A stretch of DNA of 64,000 nucleotides from positions 31,466 to 95,465 of IMG/VR virus record IMGVR_UViG_3300032291_001492; one strand, written 5' to 3'. A program made the translations under genes and the position numbers. The notes under the pieces were generated by a model. It saw only the letters and a program-made list of their open reading frames with translations. It had not been told where the DNA came from and made no database searches. Below are positions 58,660 to 64,000 of this stretch, piece by piece (position 1 is the stretch's first letter; each line of letters starts with the position of its first letter). The stretch comes from a virus.

Positions 58660-59304
58660 ATGAAACCCAAAATTGCATTATTTCTTCATCAACCTAAATG
58701 TTCAGTACAAAGCGGCAATGGCATAATGAAAGCGTTGTCCGATTATTATAATTTTAAAATTTTTACCAGACATGAATTAGAAAAAGATTTCTTTGATGAT
58801 GTTGATATGGTTGCAATACCCGGTGGTATTGGTGATAGCGATAGTTATGATTATCTAATGAAAATCAATGCCACACGTATTAAACAGTTTGTTAATCGAG
58901 GTGGCAAGTATCTTGGAATATGTATGGGTGCATATTGGGCCGATAAAAATTATATGGGCTTATTAGACAATGTTCGTGCAGTGCAATACATCAAACGTCC
59001 AGGAACTGACACAAAACGACCTCATGCAAAAAATTTAAAAGTTACTTGGGACAATCAACCTCGTAATATGTTTTTTTATGACGGGTGTGCGTTGATCGGA
59101 GACCGTACTAAGTTTAATACTATAGCAACGTATATGAATAATGATCCAATGGCAATCATCAAAGATAACATAGGGTTAATAGGGTGTCATCCTGAAAGCG
59201 ATCCCTACTGGTATGATAGTTATAGTTGGATGCGTGGTAAATATCACAACGGGGAACACCACGCTTTATTATTAGATTTTGTTGATAGATTGGTAAAACA
59301 ATGA
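58660..59304 (+). CDS. Class I glutamine amidotransferase-like (BPL_N-type) protein
   Basis: 'AIPGG', nucleophile elbow 'GGKYLGICMGAY' and 'HPE'. Confidence 0.75.
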   Translation: MKPKIALFLHQPKCSVQSGNGIMKALSDYYNFKIFTRHELEKDFFDDVDMVAIPGGIGDSDSYDYLMKINATRIKQFVNRGGKYLGICMGAYWADKNYMGLLDNVRAVQYIKRPGTDTKRPHAKNLKVTWDNQPRNMFFYDGCALIGDRTKFNTIATYMNNDPMAIIKDNIGLIGCHPESDPYWYDSYSWMRGKYHNGEHHALLLDFVDRLVKQ

Positions 59305-59350
59305 TAGTTGAAATATTTTTAACTAGAGAAAAAGGAAAAATAAGTCCTAT

Positions 59351-59385
59351 TTGTCACATTACTGTCACATAATTCTAAGTAAATA
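59351..59385 (+). promoter_or_regulatory. Pho box plus TAAATA upstream of pstS
   Basis: TTGTCAC-ATTA-CTGTCAC (59351-59368) matches the PhoB consensus CTGTCAT-A(A/T)A(T/A)-CTGTCA(C/T); 11 nt to TAAATA (59380-59385). Confidence 0.8.
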
Positions 59386-59412
59386 TATGTGTAACACACA
59401 AGGAGATTACAC

Positions 59413-60417
59413 ATGAAAAAGTTACTTGGTATGTTGATAGCAACAGTTGCATTAACTGTTCAAGCCACAGATATAACAGGGGCAGGTGCAACTTTCCCCT
59501 ATCCCATTTATGCTAAATGGGCAGAAGCATATAAAAAAGAAACAGGTGTTGGTCTTAACTATCAATCAATTGGTAGTTCAGGTGGCATTCGTCAAATTAA
59601 CGCAAAAACAGTAGCGTTTGGCGCTACAGATGCACCAGTATCAGGCGAGAATTTAGACAAGAATAACCAAGTTCAATTTCCAGCAATCATTGGTGGAACA
59701 GTTCCTGTTATTAACTTAGATGGCTTTAAGCCAGGTGAATTACGAATCACTGGTCTTGTATTAGCAGAAGTTTACATGGGTAACATTGTGAAATGGAATG
59801 ATCCTAAACTGGTAGCATTGAACCCAGGCAAGCGTCTTCCTGATGAAGCTATCACTGTGGTGCATCGTGCAGATGGTTCAGGTACGACATTCAACTGGAC
59901 AGACTACTTGAGTGCAGTCAGTAAAGAGTTCAACGACCGAGTAGGTAAAGGTGCCGCAGTCAAATGGCCTGCTGCCAGTTCAGTAGGTGGCAAAGGTAAC
60001 GAAGGCGTTGCTGCCAACGTGAACCGTATCAAAGGCTCAATTGGTTATGTTGAGTATGCCTATGTTAAAAAGAATAACATGAACTTTATGCAATTGCAAA
60101 ATAAAAGCGGCAAGTATGTTAGTCCGGATGATTTAACATTTGCAGCCGCGGCATCAGGAGCAGATTGGTTCAGTGTTCCGGGTATGGGTGTTAGTATTGT
60201 AGATCAAAGGGGTGATAATGTATGGCCAGTTTCTACTGCAAGTTTCATTATCATGTATAAGAATCCTGATGACAAAAAAGCGTCAACAGAAGTTTTGAAA
60301 TTTTTTGATTGGGCATTCAAGAATGGTAAAAAAATGAGTGAAGAATTAGATTATGTACATTTACCTGACAGTCTAACAAAACAAATTCGTGAAAGAGTTT
60401 GGACTCAAATTAAATAA
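59413..60417 (+). CDS. pstS: Phosphate ABC transporter substrate-binding protein PstS
   Basis: Signal peptide; 'ITGAGATFPYP.Y.KWA', 'NYQSIGS.GG', 'VVHRADGSGTTF.WT.YL', 'GKGNEGVA', 'IGYVEYAY'. Confidence 0.96.
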   Translation: MKKLLGMLIATVALTVQATDITGAGATFPYPIYAKWAEAYKKETGVGLNYQSIGSSGGIRQINAKTVAFGATDAPVSGENLDKNNQVQFPAIIGGTVPVINLDGFKPGELRITGLVLAEVYMGNIVKWNDPKLVALNPGKRLPDEAITVVHRADGSGTTFNWTDYLSAVSKEFNDRVGKGAAVKWPAASSVGGKGNEGVAANVNRIKGSIGYVEYAYVKKNNMNFMQLQNKSGKYVSPDDLTFAAAASGADWFSVPGMGVSIVDQRGDNVWPVSTASFIIMYKNPDDKKASTEVLKFFDWAFKNGKKMSEELDYVHLPDSLTKQIRERVWTQIK

Positions 60418-60462
60418 ACCGTCCACAAAGATTGAGTGGTGCTGGAACTCGTAACCAGCAAT

Positions 60463-60483
60463 AGGACCTTCGGGTCCTTTTTT
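60463..60483 (+). terminator. Intrinsic terminator after pstS
   Basis: AGGACC-TTCG-GGTCCT followed by a T-run. Confidence 0.9.
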
Positions 60484-60485
60484 AT

Positions 60486-60514
60486 TTGACATGAATACCT
60501 AAAGGTGATATACT
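60486..60514 (+). promoter_or_regulatory. Sigma70 (early) promoter, probably giving a leaderless transcript
   Basis: TTGACA-N17-TATACT with ATG only 6 nt downstream. Confidence 0.8.
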
Positions 60515-60520
60515 ACGGGT

Positions 60521-60775
60521 ATGAAAATCGAATACGCATTAGATTGGCAAGATGTATCTAGAAAACTACTTTCTGAAATGCATAGTGCTGGGTACAACCC
60601 AGACTTGAAAAAAATGTATAATAATATTAGTAGTATGGTTACTGAGTTGAGTAAACTTGAAGTAATGTCCAGACGAACACACAAGCATTCATTTACATCA
60701 GAAAAAGTAGAAAGTATTAATAAAGCAATCAATCACCTAGAAAAATTAGTACTTATTGCTAAATTAATGAAATAG
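60521..60775 (+). CDS. Hypothetical helical protein
   Basis: Directly downstream of a consensus promoter. Confidence 0.7.
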   Translation: MKIEYALDWQDVSRKLLSEMHSAGYNPDLKKMYNNISSMVTELSKLEVMSRRTHKHSFTSEKVESINKAINHLEKLVLIAKLMK

Positions 60776-60776
60776 G

Positions 60777-60805
60777 TTGACAACAAATCAATTTGGGTAT
60801 ACAAT
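60777..60805 (+). promoter_or_regulatory. Sigma70 (early) promoter
   Basis: TTGACA-N17-TACAAT. Confidence 0.78.
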
Positions 60806-60832
60806 ACATGCTTAAACACTCAAAAGGTAAGT

Positions 60833-61072
60833 ATGAAGTTCAATTCTGTTGCTATATCTACGTTGTTTGTTAAAATTGTTTTTAAAAAGAAACCCTATAG
60901 TGATGAAGTTGTTTGCTTGCGAATCATTGCAGGTGATACTGAAAAACTTAGCGCAAAGACTGCACCCATCATATATGATTTTGATAAAATTCAAGTTGAA
61001 CCCAGTATCGTTGAAGCACACATTGAACGTATTCGCAAACAAAACAATTATGCTATAGTTCAAGTATTATGA
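60833..61072 (+). CDS. Hypothetical protein
   Basis: SD AAAGGT; 4-nt overlap with the next gene. Confidence 0.6.
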   Translation: MKFNSVAISTLFVKIVFKKKPYSDEVVCLRIIAGDTEKLSAKTAPIIYDFDKIQVEPSIVEAHIERIRKQNNYAIVQVL

Positions 61073-61539
61073 TGAAATTTGAAATAATTGCACACGGGAA
61101 TACAAGTCAGGGTAGAATTGACTTGTTGAAAAATTCCGCAAGATTTTACGCAAAAGAACTTAATCTTTTGAATCTTGATTATAAGATTATAATTTATAGT
61201 GAACCTAATTTGCGTAAAAATGATGGTAACAATGGTACGGCTTGTAAAACGGATCAAAAAGAAATTACTATTATGATAGATAGTAAACTCAAATTACCCC
61301 ATATGCTTATTACGTTGGCTCATGAAATGGTTCATGCTAAACAGTATGTTCGTGGTCAATATCGTGCAGAACTATCACGCAACGGTAAAGTTAAAAAACT
61401 TTGGTTGGGCAGACCTTATTCAGTTTCATATCTGAAACGTCCTTGGGAACGTGAAGCCTTTCGCCGAGAAGGTGAATTGGCTTTGTCATTGATTGAATCA
61501 GTTGTCCAAAAAAAGCAAAAGAAAAAAAGTAGTAGTTGA
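61069..61539 (+). CDS. Zincin-like metallopeptidase domain protein
   Basis: 'TLAHEMVHAKQY' (HExxH) and downstream 'PWEREA'. Confidence 0.7.
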   Translation: MMKFEIIAHGNTSQGRIDLLKNSARFYAKELNLLNLDYKIIIYSEPNLRKNDGNNGTACKTDQKEITIMIDSKLKLPHMLITLAHEMVHAKQYVRGQYRAELSRNGKVKKLWLGRPYSVSYLKRPWEREAFRREGELALSLIESVVQKKQKKKSSS

Positions 61540-61564
61540 CAACAAATCCTATTTGATATATACT
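61536..61564 (+). promoter_or_regulatory. Sigma70 (early) promoter
   Basis: TTGACA-N17-TATACT. Confidence 0.78.
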
Positions 61565-61605
61565 TCATTCATAAATTTTTTCAACAGCCATTACAAGGAG
61601 ATACT

Positions 61606-62709
61606 ATGGCATCGCATGTTTCTGACAATTTGACTATTACTAGTGTTCAAGCCCGCAAGGCAATGCTAAAAGCGTTTAAAGCTAAACGCCCACTCTTTAT
61701 CTGGGGCCCTCCCGGTATCGGCAAGAGTGAGGTGGTTGCCGAAGTTACTGAGGAACTCGGTGGCTTTATGATTGACTTGCGTATGGCGCAAATGGAACCT
61801 ACTGACATTCGGGGTATTCCGTTCTTTAATAAAGAAATTAATAAAATGGATTGGGCGGCACCAGTTGACTTGCCCGATGAAGAACTAGCATCACAATATC
61901 CGATTGTAGTGTTGTTCTTGGATGAAATGAATAGTGCAAGCCCCGCAGTACAAGCGGCAGGCTATCAGTTGATTTTGAATCGCCGTGTAGGTAAGTATGT
62001 CTTGCCAGATAACGTTGTTATCGTTGCGGCAGGTAATCGTGACAGTGATAAGGGTGTTACTTATCGTATGCCAATGCCCCTTGCTAATCGTTTCTTGCAT
62101 TTGGAAATGCGAGCCGACTTTGCATCATGGCAGAACTGGGCTGTGAATAAAGGTATTCACAAGGACGTAGTTGGTTATTTGAGTTTTGCTAAACAAGACT
62201 TGTACGAATTTGATAGTAAATCGTCAAGCCGTGCATTCGCTACACCACGCACATGGTGTTTCGTAAGTGATTTGTTGAATGAGGAAGATGATACTGATAG
62301 TGATACCTTGTTCAATTTGATTTCCGGTGCTGTTGGTGAGGGTCTTGCTGTTAAGTTTGCCGCTCACCGCAAAGTTGCAGGTCGTATGCCCGAGCCAGCT
62401 GATATCTTGTCAGGCAAAGTGACCGATCTTGCAGTTAAAGAAATTAGTGCAATGTACTCATTGACTATTTCTATGTGCTATGAATTGCGTGATGCAATTC
62501 AAACTAAAAAAGTGGACATGAAAAAGTTCCATGAAATGGCTGACAATTTCTTGACATACATTATGAAAAACTTTGAGACTGAGTTGGTCGTAATGGGTGC
62601 TAAGATTGCATTGAAAACATACAAGTTGCCAATCGAACCAAGTCAATTGAAAAACTTTGATGAGTTTCACAAAAAGTTTGGTAAGTACATTGTGGAAGCA
62701 GGCAACTAA
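61606..62709 (+). CDS. MoxR-like AAA+ ATPase
   Basis: Walker A GPPGIGKS, Walker B 'LFLDEMN', sensor 'AAGN', arginine finger 'LANRF' and 'TPRTW'. Confidence 0.9.
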   Translation: MASHVSDNLTITSVQARKAMLKAFKAKRPLFIWGPPGIGKSEVVAEVTEELGGFMIDLRMAQMEPTDIRGIPFFNKEINKMDWAAPVDLPDEELASQYPIVVLFLDEMNSASPAVQAAGYQLILNRRVGKYVLPDNVVIVAAGNRDSDKGVTYRMPMPLANRFLHLEMRADFASWQNWAVNKGIHKDVVGYLSFAKQDLYEFDSKSSSRAFATPRTWCFVSDLLNEEDDTDSDTLFNLISGAVGEGLAVKFAAHRKVAGRMPEPADILSGKVTDLAVKEISAMYSLTISMCYELRDAIQTKKVDMKKFHEMADNFLTYIMKNFETELVVMGAKIALKTYKLPIEPSQLKNFDEFHKKFGKYIVEAGN

Positions 62710-62938
62710 GTTGGACAATCAAAAGTTAAAAATAACTTTTGCTCCTGGGGCCTTCGATAATTTCGAAGGTACCCAAGAGGAGTTGGACCAATTGGTTTCT
62801 GAAATCAAACAGATGTTTGCATCAGGTGATGCATTTGAAAAGGCAACACCGATCGATTTGGATGATGTCCTTGAAGAATTATCTGATGAAGATATTTTTC
62901 ACCTTTTGCAAGAACCTTCCGACAGAAAACTACAGTAG
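62657..62938 (+). CDS. Small acidic hypothetical protein (true start possibly TTG at 62711)
   Basis: 'FAPGAFDNFEGTQEELDQLV.EI'; sits between the ATPase and the VWA gene. Confidence 0.55.
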   Translation: MMSFTKSLVSTLWKQATKLDNQKLKITFAPGAFDNFEGTQEELDQLVSEIKQMFASGDAFEKATPIDLDDVLEELSDEDIFHLLQEPSDRKLQ

Positions 62939-62967
62939 TTGACAATAACACAAAACTGTAGTACAAT
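62939..62967 (+). promoter_or_regulatory. Sigma70 (early) promoter
   Basis: TTGACA-N17-TACAAT. Confidence 0.78.
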
Positions 62968-62993
62968 AAAGCATTGTAACAAAAGGAATTAAT

Positions 62994-64000
62994 ATGAGTG
63001 AAGTAATTGCACCTACTAAAAAACGTAAACGTAGTAAGAAATTTGAGAATCTTGTAGGTCCTACTGATTCTAAGATTGATATTCAAGCACGTGAACGTTT
63101 GGTAACTGCACGTATTGGATTGCTATTGCGTCATGCATTTTTCGGTAATCTAGCAACTCGCCTTCAACTTATCAATGCTGATGAATGGTGTAGTACTGCG
63201 GCAACAGATGGTCAAAAATTCTACTACAATAGCCGCTTCATTATGATGTTGAAGCCCAAAGAAGTTGAGTTTCTTGTAGCGCATGAGGTGTTGCACGTGG
63301 TATATGATCACATGGGTCGTAGAGGCAGTCGTGACCCTCAAATTTGGAATATTGCTGATGACTATTGCGTTAATGCTGACTTGAAACGACATAAGGTTGG
63401 TCAATTCATTACTACAGTGCCTTGCTTGTACGAACAAAAATATGACGGCAAGCCTGCTGAGGAAGTATATGATGACTTGATGAAGAATGTTCAAAAGATT
63501 AGTGTTGATGATTTGGTTGATCAAATGATTGATGATCATCTAGAAGGTGAAGGCGATAGTGATGGTGAGGGAGACGAAGAAGAAGGTAAAGGTCGTCCTA
63601 AAATGTCACCCGAAGAACGTGAACGTGTCCGTCAAGAAGTTAAGCAAGCAATTATCAATGCGGCAAGCACTGCCGAAGCTGGTCAACTACCACTAGGCGT
63701 TGAGCGTTTGATTAAGCAACACACTAACCCTGTGATGCCCTGGCGTGAATTGATTCAAACTAATTTGACTAGTGCTATTCGTACAGACTACACTTGGATG
63801 CGCCCATCACGTAGAGGTTGGCACATGGATGCTATCATGCCCGGAATGACTCCCGGTGAAGAAATTGATGTTGTCGTGACACTTGACATGTCAGGTAGTA
63901 TCAGTCAAAAACAAGCACAAGATTTCTTGGGTGAGATCGGTGGTATGATGAATGCGTTTGATGGTTACAAGGTTCATGTATTTTGTTTTGACACTGAAAT
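62994..64000 (+). CDS. DUF2201-type metallopeptidase-like + VWA domain protein, 3'-truncated by the window edge (not in ORF track)
   Basis: SD AAAGGA, ATG 62994, frame open to the end. 'TAATDG', 'AHEVLH' (HExxH), 'WNIA.D..VN', acidic linker, 'W.RPSRR' and MIDAS 'LDMSGS'. Confidence 0.88.
   Translation, partial: MSEVIAPTKKRKRSKKFENLVGPTDSKIDIQARERLVTARIGLLLRHAFFGNLATRLQLINADEWCSTAATDGQKFYYNSRFIMMLKPKEVEFLVAHEVLHVVYDHMGRRGSRDPQIWNIADDYCVNADLKRHKVGQFITTVPCLYEQKYDGKPAEEVYDDLMKNVQKISVDDLVDQMIDDHLEGEGDSDGEGDEEEGKGRPKMSPEERERVRQEVKQAIINAASTAEAGQLPLGVERLIKQHTNPVMPWRELIQTNLTSAIRTDYTWMRPSRRGWHMDAIMPGMTPGEEIDVVVTLDMSGSISQKQAQDFLGEIGGMMNAFDGYKVHVFCFDTE

Noticed and set aside
263-63539. Short minus-strand and alternate-frame ORFs in the track (e.g. 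13561, 22777, 28512, 37689, 50028, 55442, 63150)
   Set aside because: They lie within long, motif-bearing plus-strand genes and show no RBS or recognisable motifs.
1-64000. Alternative genetic code (stop-codon reassignment seen in some jumbo phages)
   Set aside because: Code 11 gives near-complete coding density including a 19-kb ORF, and TAA, TGA and TAG all end genes at sensible boundaries.
1-64000. Introns, inteins, homing endonucleases or transposases
   Set aside because: No interrupted genes, intein splice motifs or HNH/GIY-YIG/LAGLIDADG/DDE signatures were recognised.

Overview
AT-rich, gene-dense, almost entirely plus-strand segment of a large T4-like (jumbo) tailed phage genome read in the standard genetic code. 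The pstS and tmRNA tag suggest a proteobacterial, possibly betaproteobacterial, host (inference). Layout: (1) 1-24760, virion structural block: gp6-like baseplate wedge, a 6463-aa modular virion protein and tail-fibre-like proteins. (2) 24808-54239, a ~29 kb tightly coupled glycan synthesis/tailoring cluster with GT-A-like and 'TEK'-motif glycosyltransferase-like proteins, five radical SAM enzymes with Twitch/SPASM-type Cys motifs, two B12-binding radical SAMs, three SGNH-like proteins, a GME-like epimerase, a nucleotide-sugar dehydrogenase, a carbamoyltransferase and a 1510-aa repeat protein. (3) 54279-60483, host-manipulation block: a PlcP-like phosphoesterase with an Agt-like GT4, and PstS, each unit preceded by a Pho-box-like repeat. 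It also holds a circularly permuted (two-piece) tmRNA whose intervening segment is almost entirely occupied by a 59-aa ORF, and an outer-membrane beta-barrel. (4) 60486-end, sigma70-driven early genes including a MoxR-like AAA ATPase and a DUF2201/VWA partner. The best candidates for undescribed biology are the protein gene nested in the permuted tmRNA precursor, the Pho-box-controlled lipid-remodelling module, and the radical SAM/glycosyltransferase cluster next to the tail genes. All family calls come from motif recognition by eye; no searches were run.
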